DNA from: Leptospira biflexa
Lineage (GTDB): Bacteria; Spirochaetota; Leptospiria; Turneriellales; DYLW01
Length of the DNA: 64,000 bases
Reading direction: 5' to 3'
Assembly: GCA_020721865.1 (NCBI GenBank)
Contig: DYLW01000006.1
Coordinates: forward strand, 22,416 to 86,415
Positions 9,462-19,619 of the stretch are shown here, piece by piece. The first letter of the stretch is position 1; each line of letters begins with the position of its first letter. Both the position numbers and the translations under genes were made by a program. The notes under the pieces are model-generated. The model did not search any database and had not been told where the DNA came from. It was given only the letters and a program-made list of their open reading frames with translations.

Positions 9462-10616
9462 ATGCAGAGTATTTCAAGGACCGGACTGGCAGGGTTGGGG
9501 ATTGCTTTAATAGTTTTATTATCGGCCTGTAAAAGCGGGGACAAAAAAACGGAGGCGGGCTCCGATTGGGTAACCGCTACGGGAAGGGCTCCCATTGTGG
9601 ATAACCGGCTGGGGCGGGCCAAGGATGATGCCCTTGCGGATGCGAAAAAAGAAGCGGTGGCCACTAAAATTGGGACTCTGATTTCCGGAACCACCAAAAC
9701 GGTGGACAACATCATGGAGAGTTCCTCCATCAAGTCCCAGACGGATGGTTTCATTGAAACATATCGGATTGTCCATGCCCATCCCATTTCTGATTATGAA
9801 TACGAAGTGAAAATTCAGGCAAAAGTGAAAGAAGGGAAGCTGAAAGAATCCATCGCCTCCTTGGCGGAAACGGCTGGTTATCCCCGGATTATGGCCATTG
9901 GTAAAGAGAATTATTTGTCCTCACAGGCGGAAGGGCAAACCCGGGCATCTGTTGTAGTGGAAGCATCCATGTCCAACGCCGGATTTCCCATGGTGGATAA
10001 AAGCACCATGGAAAACATTATTGCAAAAAACCGGGCTATTCTGCGGAGTTCTTTCCAGAATGGGGATAAAATGAAGGAGTTGGGGGCAGACTCCGGAGCG
10101 GAAGTGATGATACTGATTTCTTCCACCCTGACCGATGGGGGCGTTATGGAAGGAACTGCGATGCATTCCATGCGGGCGGATCTGGAGATAAAGGCTGTGG
10201 ATTTGAACAATGGACGCATTCTTTCTTCCCAGACATCCACCGCTGCGTATCCGCATCTGAATCCGGGAACCGGAGCCAATAAAGCCATAGAGCGTGCCTG
10301 GAAAAAAATACAGGATCCGTTTCAGAATGCGATTCTGAAAGGATGGGAACCCAATCAGTCTCAGATGATTGCTGTTACCATTTCAGGGCTGGATTATAAT
10401 GCTGTGAAAGATTTCCGCAATCTTCTGCTGGAGCTGCGGGGTGTGAAAGATGTGTACCGCCGGGGAGTGACCGGGGATTCTGCCGTACTGGATGTCCAGT
10501 TTCAGGGCAATTCCTTTGAGCTTCTGGATCGCATCATGGATGCTTCTAATGGCTATGAAATTCAATCGAAAGATGTGAAAAAAACCAGTATGGTACTCCA
10601 GATACGGAAAAAATAG
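9462..10616 (+). CDS. hypothetical lipoprotein
   Basis: 384 aa. Signal peptide plus lipobox LLSAC (MQSISRTGLAGLGIALIVLLSACKSG). GGAGGG SD upstream. No family confidently recognised. Confidence 0.75.
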   Translation: MQSISRTGLAGLGIALIVLLSACKSGDKKTEAGSDWVTATGRAPIVDNRLGRAKDDALADAKKEAVATKIGTLISGTTKTVDNIMESSSIKSQTDGFIETYRIVHAHPISDYEYEVKIQAKVKEGKLKESIASLAETAGYPRIMAIGKENYLSSQAEGQTRASVVVEASMSNAGFPMVDKSTMENIIAKNRAILRSSFQNGDKMKELGADSGAEVMILISSTLTDGGVMEGTAMHSMRADLEIKAVDLNNGRILSSQTSTAAYPHLNPGTGANKAIERAWKKIQDPFQNAILKGWEPNQSQMIAVTISGLDYNAVKDFRNLLLELRGVKDVYRRGVTGDSAVLDVQFQGNSFELLDRIMDASNGYEIQSKDVKKTSMVLQIRKK

Positions 10617-10617
10617 G

Positions 10618-12045
10618 GTGGCTGATAAATCAAAAATATGGGGGGGGCGGTTCCAGAGCGGTCCCTCCGGCATTGCTGAACGCATTTCAGAGTCCATATC
10701 GTTTGATCATGTCTTGTACGATGTGGATATCCGGGGGAGTATTGCCCATGTGAATATGCTCAAGCGTTGCGGTATTCTTTCGGAAGAATCTTCCCATAAA
10801 ATTACCGATGCCCTCCGCAGTATCCATGCGGAAATTGAACAGAATGGGCTGGAGTTTTCCTGGACTCTGGAAGATATCCACATGCACATTGAGAAGATTC
10901 TCACCGACCGCATTGGGAATGACGGAAAGAGAATGCACACCGGGCGTTCCCGGAATGACCAGGTGGCGGTGGATACGCATTTATATCTCAAGGAAACTCT
11001 GGAAGGGCAGAGTGGATTGCTCCTTTCTGTCATGAAAACCATTCTGGAGCTGGCGGAAAAATACCGGGGAAAAATCTGGGCGGGATATACCCATCTCCAG
11101 ATTGCCCAGCCCGTGCTATTATCTCATTATATCTTATCTTGGTTCTGGAAATTTGCCCGGGATTTCCAGTTAATGCAGTTTGCGTACAGGGAGACCTGTC
11201 AGAATCCGCTGGGGGCGGCGGCGATGGGTGGCCCCAATTATCCGGTGGATCCGGATATGGTCAGAGAGGAGCTGGGCTTTGGGAAATCCTATGAAAATTC
11301 CATGGACGCAGTATCCAACCGGGATTACCAGTTATCCTACCATTTTTTTGCCTCCCGCTTATCTCTGCATATCTCCCGGTTCTGTGAAGACATGATTATT
11401 TATAACACATCGGAATTTGCCACCATAAGATTTTCCGACGCCGTCACCACCGGCTCATCCATCATGCCACAGAAAAAGAATCCAGATATTGCGGAAATTC
11501 TGCGTTCCAAAGCAGCCCGAATCACCGGGAATCTGAATTCTCTCATGATGAATCTGAAAGGACTTCCCACCACATATAACCGGGATCTGCAGGATGACAA
11601 AGTTTACCTTTTTGATACGATAAAGAATGTGACATTAATCCTGGAAGGAATGAAAGAACTCCTGACAAATGTTACATTTTTACCGGAAAAGGTGCAGAAG
11701 AATCTGGAAGCCGGCTTTGGAACAGCCACGGATGTGGCGGATTATCTGGTGGCGGGCTACAATCTGCCGTTCAGGGATGCCCACCACATTTCCGGAGCCA
11801 TTGTGGCTCTTGCGGAGCAGAAAAAGGTGATTATTCCACAGATATCCCCGGAGGATGTTGCCCCCATACTGAAACCATTTGAAGATAAATATAATATAAA
11901 AATAAATCTGAACCCGGCGGAATTTACCGTGGAAAAATCTGTATCCCGCAGGGGGGGGAGTCTGTCCACTTCTCCGGAAATGGTGGAGAGGCAGATGGAA
12001 AAAGCCAGAAAAATATTGGAGGAGAGCCGTCTCCTATGCTCCTGA
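10618..12045 (+). CDS. argH: argininosuccinate lyase
   Basis: 475 aa with a GTG start. KIWGGRF N-terminus, the HTGRSRNDQV motif, and the fumarate-lyase signature GSSIMPQKKNPD. Confidence 0.95.
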   Translation: MADKSKIWGGRFQSGPSGIAERISESISFDHVLYDVDIRGSIAHVNMLKRCGILSEESSHKITDALRSIHAEIEQNGLEFSWTLEDIHMHIEKILTDRIGNDGKRMHTGRSRNDQVAVDTHLYLKETLEGQSGLLLSVMKTILELAEKYRGKIWAGYTHLQIAQPVLLSHYILSWFWKFARDFQLMQFAYRETCQNPLGAAAMGGPNYPVDPDMVREELGFGKSYENSMDAVSNRDYQLSYHFFASRLSLHISRFCEDMIIYNTSEFATIRFSDAVTTGSSIMPQKKNPDIAEILRSKAARITGNLNSLMMNLKGLPTTYNRDLQDDKVYLFDTIKNVTLILEGMKELLTNVTFLPEKVQKNLEAGFGTATDVADYLVAGYNLPFRDAHHISGAIVALAEQKKVIIPQISPEDVAPILKPFEDKYNIKINLNPAEFTVEKSVSRRGGSLSTSPEMVERQMEKARKILEESRLLCS

Positions 12046-12641
12046 CCATCCACCCGCAAAATCCCCAAAAGAGAATTGTGGATATTGTCGCAAAAGGCAT
12101 GTCTGATGGAAAAATCTATATCATCCCCACGGATACGGTGTATGCTTTTGCCACCGCTTTGGGGAATAAAAAAAGTATTGAGACATTATACCAGTTGAAA
12201 AACATCCCACCCAAAAAACCGCTGAGTCTGTATGCACGGGATTTTTCCCAGGTTTCTGATTTTATCCGGATGGATAATAACCAGGTTTTCCGGTGGATGA
12301 AATCCCATCTGCCCGGTCCGTATACGTTAATTTTCACCGCCACAAAAAATCTGCCACAGTATACCCTCAGCAAGCAGAAAATGGTGGGCATCCGTATTAT
12401 TGACCATCCGTTTGTGAGAATGCTTCTGGAAACCATGGAAATGCCCATCATTGGCAGCTCCGTTTTTAACGAGGAACGCTACCTCACATATCCGGAGGAG
12501 CTGGAAGAGCACTACGGGAAAAGAGTGGAAGCCATTGTGGATGCCGGACCCATCAATCTGGAAGTGTCCACCATTCTGGATGCCTCCGTATTCCCGCTGG
12601 ATGTGATCCGGGAAGGGAAGGGCGTCATTGACTTTGATTAG
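12036..12641 (+). CDS. yciO: YrdC-fold protein, YciO subgroup (threonylcarbamoyl-AMP synthase-like)
   Basis: 201 aa. IHPQNPQKRIVDIVAKGMSDGKIYIIPTDTVYAFAT closely parallels the E. coli YciO N-terminus as I remember it. 10-nt overlap with argH. Confidence 0.8.
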   Translation: MLLTIHPQNPQKRIVDIVAKGMSDGKIYIIPTDTVYAFATALGNKKSIETLYQLKNIPPKKPLSLYARDFSQVSDFIRMDNNQVFRWMKSHLPGPYTLIFTATKNLPQYTLSKQKMVGIRIIDHPFVRMLLETMEMPIIGSSVFNEERYLTYPEELEEHYGKRVEAIVDAGPINLEVSTILDASVFPLDVIREGKGVIDFD

Positions 12642-12650
12642 TACATTGTT

Positions 12651-14447
12651 TTAATATTGCAACAGAGCGGGTGGGGGTTCGCAAGTCTCCGCAAAGCATT
12701 GCCGGAGTCTTTCCTCAAGAAAATTTCCCCCGCCGAACGTAGTGATCACGGAGTCGGTGTTTCCCAGCATGGGTTTCCAGAGATGGGCGGGCAACATTGT
12801 GTCTGTGGTATACAGGACGATGGGTCCTCTTCCCGGGATCCGGAAAATTCTCTGGACGGAAGATAATGCTTTCCTTCCGGAGGGGTTATGGATGAGGATT
12901 TGTTTTGGGGAAATATTTTTCCGTAAATACTGTAGTAATGGCTCCGGATTGTACAGGGAAAATATTTTCTCACAGTGAGGGAAATTTCCTTCCGGATTTT
13001 CCATCACACAGATGGATTTACCTTTGCGGATGGAAGTCTTCCCATAAACTTTTTTGATGGAATAACGAGCGGTTTCCCGTAATACATCGATTCCGGAGGT
13101 ATAGGCGGGGGTGGCTTGGAATTTTTTTCCTTCAGCTCTATTCTCCGCATAGAAATCTATTTGGTCTTTACACTCTTCTGCTTGTTGCGGATTTTCTTTC
13201 ATGGCTTTACCGTATGCGGAGGCCAAATCCGCATCCAGAAGCCCCAGGGTCAGTTTCATCCGGATGATTCTCCGCGTGGATTCCCGGATTCTTTTTGAGA
13301 GATATTTTTCGTTTGGAGATTGGGATATCCGGAAAAAATCGTCCACGGCGGTGCGGTAATAAAAAGGAGAATCCTTGAAGAGCAGCACCATATCCGCCCC
13401 GGATTCAATGGATCTGGCCATGGTGCGGGCGTATCCGGATGCCCAGCGGGGCGGTTTCATCGCATCCATCCCGATATCGTCTGTGACAATAATTCCATTG
13501 AAATTGTATTTCCCCCGCAGGATGTCCGTCAGCCATCGGCGGCTGATAGTGACAGGCAGGTCATCCATTTCCGGAAAAACTATATGGGAAGTCATCACAC
13601 CCGGAGCTTTTCCGGAGTTAATGGCTTTAATAAAGGGAAATAAATCCTGGGTTATCAGGGAAGACCAAGGTTTCCGGATGACCGGCAGGTCGTAGTGGGA
13701 ATCTGTCCGGGTGTCTCCGTGTCCCGGAAAATGTTTCAAAGCACTCATACATCCTGCGTCCCTGGTACCCCGCAGGTATTCCATCACATTGTCCGCCACG
13801 ACGGCTGGGTCATTCCCAAAGCTCCGGGCGTGGATGGCAGAGTTGGAGAGATCCAGAACCACATCTGCCACCGGTCCCAGAACCCAGTTGATGCCATATA
13901 ATTTCAGCTCCCGGCAGTTGTAATAACCGGTGTGGTATGTTATTTTTCCGGAAGGAAACGCATTGTTTGCCTCTGCCGTGGCCAGTGCGTTGGGGAAGGG
14001 GGTTGTTCCATAATCCAGCCATCGGATGTTACCTCCCTCCTGGTCAATGGCAAAAAACGGCTCCGGGTATCCATGGCTGCGATAATGGCTTTTTATCCGG
14101 GATATTTTTTCTTTCAGAATGCGAAGTTTTTCCCGTTCTGTGCCTTGTGTGGGGATGTTACTTTTAAAAATAAAAATGGTTCCGGGAAAAGTTCCGTATA
14201 ATTTTTCCACTGCCAGCTCTGGAAGATAATAAAACAAAACCTGGTGCTGGATTTTCTCCGGAACATAGTATTGCAACGCCACATTCGTCAGGTAATCCAG
14301 ATTGTGCTGTATCTTTTCTTCCCGGAGCTTGTCCATATAACGGGATATGTGCGGAAAAAAAACAACGCCGATGAGGAATAACGGAAAAGCGGTTGCAAGG
14401 GAAATCCATACTTTTTTTGAAAAATTCATATTAATTGGATCTTTCAA
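12651..14447 (-). CDS. glycoside hydrolase family 3 (NagZ-like beta-N-acetylhexosaminidase) with N-terminal membrane anchor
   Basis: 598 aa. The GH3 motif ALKHFPGHGDTRTDSHYDLP and IVTDDIGM are present. The N-terminal hydrophobic helix is VWISLATAFPLFLIGVVFF. Confidence 0.85.
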   Translation of the reverse strand: MKDPINMNFSKKVWISLATAFPLFLIGVVFFPHISRYMDKLREEKIQHNLDYLTNVALQYYVPEKIQHQVLFYYLPELAVEKLYGTFPGTIFIFKSNIPTQGTEREKLRILKEKISRIKSHYRSHGYPEPFFAIDQEGGNIRWLDYGTTPFPNALATAEANNAFPSGKITYHTGYYNCRELKLYGINWVLGPVADVVLDLSNSAIHARSFGNDPAVVADNVMEYLRGTRDAGCMSALKHFPGHGDTRTDSHYDLPVIRKPWSSLITQDLFPFIKAINSGKAPGVMTSHIVFPEMDDLPVTISRRWLTDILRGKYNFNGIIVTDDIGMDAMKPPRWASGYARTMARSIESGADMVLLFKDSPFYYRTAVDDFFRISQSPNEKYLSKRIRESTRRIIRMKLTLGLLDADLASAYGKAMKENPQQAEECKDQIDFYAENRAEGKKFQATPAYTSGIDVLRETARYSIKKVYGKTSIRKGKSICVMENPEGNFPHCEKIFSLYNPEPLLQYLRKNISPKQILIHNPSGRKALSSVQRIFRIPGRGPIVLYTTDTMLPAHLWKPMLGNTDSVITTFGGGNFLEERLRQCFAETCEPPPALLQY

Positions 14448-17400
14448 AAATGTGTGGAGAAATGTAGTCCATGATTACCGGATAACGTTCCTTATCTTCC
14501 AGGGCTTTCCGTTTAAAATTCAACTGTATATTCAAATGAGCAATCTCATTTTCTCTGGAAATTCTCTTTGAGTATTCCACGGATTTCCAGTAATGGGTCA
14601 GGGATTTCTGTTCATCCTCCATCATTTCATAAATGGCTCCCATATTGTTCTCCACCATGGACAGTTGGGTAAAGAAAGCCACGTGGGTTTTGTTTGATGG
14701 ATTGGGAGATTGGATTTTCTGAATTTCTCTGGATAATTTTTCCTGGAGGAATATCAGCTCGCCCAAAGCTGTTTCCAGATAATCAGAGCGTTTTTCTTCA
14801 TCCTTGATGGCCAGATGATAAAGAGCATGGGCACGGGCAAGGGCCACATTGGAATATTGGATTTGCCATTTGGGATCAATGCGTTCCCAGTCCGTTAATG
14901 CGTCCTCAAAATTGCTGCGGATATACCGGGACCAACCCCGGTAATAATAAAGTTCATTTCTCTTCTGATCATCCTTCAGACCAATCTCCTCGGCCTGGCG
15001 GAATAGATCCTCCGCATTTTCCATAACAGCCGCCAGGCCTTGAATTCCTGAATTGGTTTTTGTCTGGTATTTCTCCAGCTCTCCCAGCCTAAGCCAGGCA
15101 TTGGATGAGGTGACATCCCGGATCAGGGACAAATACATGGCTTTGCCGGCATTAAAGGGAATGCTGGCCCGGTCGCCTTCCATGAGGGTTTCATCTTCCG
15201 GTTGATCTCCCAGAGCGTTGATGGCGTCATCGGTGATGAACTGCATGGCCAGTTTCAGGTGCTCCATGGCTCCTTCGTAATCATATAATTCCATCAGAAG
15301 TTCGGCTCTCTCATTCAAGGCCAGAAAGTGAGCGGGATTGTATTTGTACGCGTATTCCATTTGTTTCAGGGCCATCCGGGGTTGTCTGGCCACATACCGG
15401 TAGTACCGTCCACGCTGGTAATATCCTTCGGAGGAGGTCTTCCCGTCTTTTTCATTACCGTAAATGTCCTTTTCTTTCTTTGAGAAGAGGATATTCAGGG
15501 CTTCCAGAGAACGCTCCCGCAGATTTGTTCCTGTGACTGGATCCACAGGGGAGACGTTATACTGGATGCGCAGATCATTGGAAACCGGCAGGTCAATATA
15601 AAAGGACGCCAACCGAGCCAGAGTGTGGATGGGAAGTTTCTCCTCAATTTTCAGCCGGTGTTTGATCAGGGAGTGTTGCTGCAGAAGCAGACGTGGGTCA
15701 TTTGTTTTCTGGTATATTTTTATCAGATTGTGGATGACCCCGGACTGACCATTTATGTCATAGGGATCATTGCGAATTATTTTTTCAAAATAATCCAGGG
15801 ATTTATAATAATCCCGCTGGTAGTAATACACATTGCCAATGCCCAGAACCGCTTTGGAAATATATTCATCCCCGGAAAAAAGTGGCGTCTCTGGCTGGAA
15901 AGTCAAAATACGCTGGTAGTAGTTGATACCTAAAAGATTATTTTTATAATCGCTTTCCTTAAAACGGTTTACCGGATTTGTGTGGAAATCACCCAGAGCC
16001 AGTAATACCTGGGCGTAATCCTTTCCCTGCTTTAAATGGGTGATGGTATAGGCTCCGTGCTCCACCAAACGAAAGGGGATAGCATCCACCCGGACAAGAT
16101 TTTTCTCCATGTCCGCCCATTTTATTATGGGCACCACTTCTGTATTCTTCCATATTTCTTTGCCGGATACAATCTCCATTTCATTCCATCGGATTTTTTG
16201 TCCAATGTCCGGAATTTCCAGACGTCCATAAAATTTTTCAAAAGCAAAGTCATAACAGCCTTTGCGTTTATAAGCGTCCCCAAATTGGAGAAATGAATCT
16301 ATCTTTTCCGGATAATATTCCAGGGATTTTTTAAAATATTTTTCCGCTTCTTCCCTTTCTTTCCCCCGGCAACCTTTTTCCATGATGATTTCTTTTCCAT
16401 CATCAATAATATTCTGGTAAAGAAATGTCTTGATCAGTGAATAATAAGAAACTGTGGTAATAATAATAAACGCAAGTGCGGCCAGTGCCCCAATCCGGGT
16501 GTAGTGCATCAACTGTGCCTGGCGTCTTCGACCTGCTTCTGTGTAGGAAGGGCGGGTGGCCACCGTGCGGGCAGAGCCCTTTTCTCCTTTGAGCTCCGGC
16601 TTGTAATCCCCCACCTTTTTGTTTAATTCTTTTTCAATGGTCGATGGAGGGTCTCCGGCAATAATGTCGGAAACCAGTTCCCGGGTGTCCTCATAGGACA
16701 TTTTATCTTCTATAATCGCACCAATGATGCGTTTGCGGAGTTCCTTGGGAAATTCCCATAGCCGGCTCCGGAGTGCTTTCAGTTCTTCATCAGAGATATC
16801 GTCCGGCTTTTGGGGGATGGGTACAGGAGCCACCGGGGGTGGCATTTCCGGGGTATCAAAAGATGGCACTTCGTCCAGATCTTCTGGAACAAAAGCCGGT
16901 TCTGATACCGGAGGTGCTGGCTTTTTTGTGGCCGGCTGGGGGGATAACGCTGCCAGGGTGGTTTTGGGGGATAGTTCAGACAAAGACGGGGGTTTCAGAT
17001 CATCAGGATTGTTTAGGGTGAAATCACCGGCTCCGCTGTCCATCCCAAAGTCGGGGGTTTCCAGAGAAAATGCGTCGTTGGCCGGGGTGCCTGCGTCCAG
17101 CCCAAAGTCATCACCGGCGGGGGCTTCCAGAGAAAACGCATCCTCCGCCGGGGGTTGTGCATCCAGCCCAAAGTCATCACCGGCGGGGGCTTCCAGAGAA
17201 AACGCATCCTCCGCCGGGGGTTGTGCATCCAGCCCAAAGTCATCACCGGCGGGGGTTTCCAGAGAAAATGCGTCGTTGGCCGGGGTGCCTGCATCCATCC
17301 CAAAGTCATCACCGGCGGGGGCTTCCAGAGAAAACGCATCCTCCGCCGGGGGGTGTGCATCCAGCCCAAAGTCATCACCGGCGGGGGCTTCCAGAGAAGG

Positions 17401-18126
17401 GGACTCATCGGCGTCACTCAATCCGCCCAGATCACCAATATCCCAAAATCCGTCAGAAGAAAAATGATCCGCGTCTCCACCACCAATTTTTTCATCCAGA
17501 GGATCGCGGAAAATTTCTTCCTGCGGGGGAGGGGTTTCCACAGGGACATTATCCATGATCTCTGTTCCCTGGGGTTCATCCTCTTCCAGCGACGTTCCCA
17601 TGCCGGATTCCATTTCCATCTCTTCCTTTTTTCCGGAGAAATCTGGGCGTTCGGTTCCGGCATCCAGATTCAAATCGCTTAAATTTGGGATATCCGCAGA
17701 TGAATCGGAGGGAAGAGATAAGTCCTCCCCGGTATAGGCTTCATTTATCTGAATTTCCGGAGCCTCATCCAAGCTACCCCCCATTTCTATGTTTTCCAGA
17801 TTTTCAAAGCCGGCATAATCCGGAGAAACATTGGGAGAGGCGTCCAGATCAATATCCTCAATATCCGGAAGGGAGTCAAATTTTTTCGCTTTGGGGGGTT
17901 CTTTTTCTGGTTCTGCTTCATCCTCAGGTACGTCGTTTCCCTGTCCCAGAACAGAACCCACCCCAATATCCTCATCCCCCAGCTCATCCGAAGATTCAGT
18001 ATCAGGAATATCAATTTGTCCCGGAGCTTTGACAAAATATGACAACAGGCTCCGGATTACCTCTAGCTCTTCCGGAGTGTATTCAATCTTTTTGGACTCT
18101 TTATTAATTTCTGTTTCTTCTGCCAT
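14431..18126 (-). CDS. large membrane protein: acidic repeat-containing N-terminal region, one TM helix, TPR-rich C-terminal region
   Basis: 1231 aa. There are about 450 acidic low-complexity residues with 22-aa repeats, then TM IGALAALAFIIITTVSYYSLI, then many TPR-like helices (YYQRGRYYRYV, ALNERAELLMELYDYEGA...). Its end overlaps the GH3 start by 17 nt. Confidence 0.85.
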   Translation of the reverse strand: MAEETEINKESKKIEYTPEELEVIRSLLSYFVKAPGQIDIPDTESSDELGDEDIGVGSVLGQGNDVPEDEAEPEKEPPKAKKFDSLPDIEDIDLDASPNVSPDYAGFENLENIEMGGSLDEAPEIQINEAYTGEDLSLPSDSSADIPNLSDLNLDAGTERPDFSGKKEEMEMESGMGTSLEEDEPQGTEIMDNVPVETPPPQEEIFRDPLDEKIGGGDADHFSSDGFWDIGDLGGLSDADESPSLEAPAGDDFGLDAHPPAEDAFSLEAPAGDDFGMDAGTPANDAFSLETPAGDDFGLDAQPPAEDAFSLEAPAGDDFGLDAQPPAEDAFSLEAPAGDDFGLDAGTPANDAFSLETPDFGMDSGAGDFTLNNPDDLKPPSLSELSPKTTLAALSPQPATKKPAPPVSEPAFVPEDLDEVPSFDTPEMPPPVAPVPIPQKPDDISDEELKALRSRLWEFPKELRKRIIGAIIEDKMSYEDTRELVSDIIAGDPPSTIEKELNKKVGDYKPELKGEKGSARTVATRPSYTEAGRRRQAQLMHYTRIGALAALAFIIITTVSYYSLIKTFLYQNIIDDGKEIIMEKGCRGKEREEAEKYFKKSLEYYPEKIDSFLQFGDAYKRKGCYDFAFEKFYGRLEIPDIGQKIRWNEMEIVSGKEIWKNTEVVPIIKWADMEKNLVRVDAIPFRLVEHGAYTITHLKQGKDYAQVLLALGDFHTNPVNRFKESDYKNNLLGINYYQRILTFQPETPLFSGDEYISKAVLGIGNVYYYQRDYYKSLDYFEKIIRNDPYDINGQSGVIHNLIKIYQKTNDPRLLLQQHSLIKHRLKIEEKLPIHTLARLASFYIDLPVSNDLRIQYNVSPVDPVTGTNLRERSLEALNILFSKKEKDIYGNEKDGKTSSEGYYQRGRYYRYVARQPRMALKQMEYAYKYNPAHFLALNERAELLMELYDYEGAMEHLKLAMQFITDDAINALGDQPEDETLMEGDRASIPFNAGKAMYLSLIRDVTSSNAWLRLGELEKYQTKTNSGIQGLAAVMENAEDLFRQAEEIGLKDDQKRNELYYYRGWSRYIRSNFEDALTDWERIDPKWQIQYSNVALARAHALYHLAIKDEEKRSDYLETALGELIFLQEKLSREIQKIQSPNPSNKTHVAFFTQLSMVENNMGAIYEMMEDEQKSLTHYWKSVEYSKRISRENEIAHLNIQLNFKRKALEDKERYPVIMDYISPHIFERSN
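17040..17400. repeat. 66-nt tandem repeat, about 5.4 near-identical copies, inside the 1231-aa CDS
   Basis: The phase marker TTCCAGAG recurs at 17059, 17125, 17191, 17257, 17323 and 17389 (exactly 66 nt apart). It encodes (SLE[AT]PAGDDFG[LM]DA[QHG][PT]PA[EN]DAF)n. Confidence 0.95.
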
Positions 18127-18206
18127 TCTATTATCGTTTTTATCTATTCCGCTTAACTATTCCCCGGAGTTCCCGATATTCCAAATATCGGTTTGAATTT
18201 AAAATT

Positions 18207-19025
18207 ATGAACATAAAAAAGACTTCTATTATAGTGGCAATCCATTCTTTATTAGTCCTGCCCTTAGTGGGCTTTTCATCGGATTTATTGAAAAAAAAAT
18301 CTGATCAAACAGAGATCCGGACGTATTATTACCGGCATCTGGATAATCTGAAAAAAGCAGTTCCACCCAGAAGAATCAATTTTATTGACACCAGAAATGT
18401 CAAGCAGTATGGAAGTATGGGGGTGGAGGGTATTTTGTTTACATATCAGAATATTCATGTAAAAAATGTATCCCTGGTCACAGATTTTGACAAATATAAA
18501 AAACATCCCATGATACGGAACCATCATGGAGTTTTCTATATAATCTATATCCCCAAAGATTATATTCTGAGCCAGGATAGAAAAGTATTGAAATATAAAT
18601 ATTATGCAGACGGAATGTACCATTATGATGGAACCCATGAAAATACAGTCAATGATGGAGCCAATGATCTGATCTCCCTGTATTATCTGAATGAAGCCGA
18701 TGTAAAAGCCAAAGAAGGGGCCATGCGTGCAATGGTTTCCGAAAAAAGAGGGGACAGGTTCGCGAGCAAAACATTTTTCAGGGTCTATGCCCCGGATGCG
18801 GATGAAATATCTCTGGTGGGAAGCTTTAACTTCTGGAATCCGGATCTGGATATCATGATAAAAAAGGAAAATGGATACCATGAATACACAAAAAAACTTC
18901 CTCCTGGCGAGTATATTTATCTGCTGAAAGTGGATGGTAAATACCAGTTGGATGCAAAGAATCGGGAATTGAGATCTCATGCCATCTATGGGAGGACAAA
19001 TTATCTGAGGATTGGCAATAAATAA
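18207..19025 (+). CDS. secreted protein with C-terminal CBM48/E-set (AMPK-beta-like glycogen-binding) domain
   Basis: 272 aa with an N-terminal signal-like helix. The C-terminal FFRVYAPDADEISLVGSFNFWNPD...YHEYTKKLPPGEYIYLLKVDGKYQLDAKN fits the CBM48 pattern. Confidence 0.7.
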   Translation: MNIKKTSIIVAIHSLLVLPLVGFSSDLLKKKSDQTEIRTYYYRHLDNLKKAVPPRRINFIDTRNVKQYGSMGVEGILFTYQNIHVKNVSLVTDFDKYKKHPMIRNHHGVFYIIYIPKDYILSQDRKVLKYKYYADGMYHYDGTHENTVNDGANDLISLYYLNEADVKAKEGAMRAMVSEKRGDRFASKTFFRVYAPDADEISLVGSFNFWNPDLDIMIKKENGYHEYTKKLPPGEYIYLLKVDGKYQLDAKNRELRSHAIYGRTNYLRIGNK

Positions 19026-19082
19026 TTTTCCCGTTGTTAAAAAAGAAATTTATAAAACAAAGGTTAATCCGACAAAATAACT

Positions 19083-19586
19083 ATGAGATTCAATAAAACC
19101 ACTTTAATTGCCTTGATCATTACTCTTGTTGTTTCCGGAGTCCTTGCCAGCACCGGGATTTCTGCAGAAGATTCTCCCCAGAGGGAGCACCAGAAAAAGT
19201 TGCTTTTTGACATGGGCGAAAGTTTATTTCAGGAAAAAAAATATGATCTGGCATTCCGGCAATATGCGGAATTTATGGAGCTGTATCCCCGGGACAGATA
19301 TTCCGTAATGGTACTGGAGAAAATGGCCTATATTTATGAAAAAAAACAATACTTTGAAAAAGCAGCCGAAGTTTATCTGGAGCTGTATGAAAGAAAGGGA
19401 AACACTTATGAAGGGGCGTATTACCTCTTCCGGGCGGCAGAGCACTATAATTATCTGGGGCTGGAACTGACCGCAGAAGAGTATATGAAGCAAATTTTGG
19501 ACAATATTCCGGATTCCCCGGAAGCCCAGAGGGTAAAAATCATTATGGAAAAAACAGATATTCCGCCGGAAACATCTGAATTTTAG
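19083..19586 (+). CDS. secreted TPR-like (YbgF/BamD-like fold) protein
   Basis: 167 aa with a signal peptide (TLIALIITLVVSGVLAS). Helical repeats carry the A..F..F...YP....Y pattern (AFRQYAEFMELYPRDRYS). Confidence 0.65.
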   Translation: MRFNKTTLIALIITLVVSGVLASTGISAEDSPQREHQKKLLFDMGESLFQEKKYDLAFRQYAEFMELYPRDRYSVMVLEKMAYIYEKKQYFEKAAEVYLELYERKGNTYEGAYYLFRAAEHYNYLGLELTAEEYMKQILDNIPDSPEAQRVKIIMEKTDIPPETSEF

Positions 19587-19619
19587 TTGAAACCTTATCC
19601 CTCAACTACAGTATAGCTA

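Noticed and set aside
16724-17682. Several 130-250-aa ORFs in other frames and on the other strand across the 66-nt repeat (16724-17467, 17013-17417, 17070-17558, 17155-17682).
   Set aside because: A stop-free repeat unit propagates open frames in all phases. Only the minus-strand frame is continuous with the 1231-aa protein (TM plus TPR).
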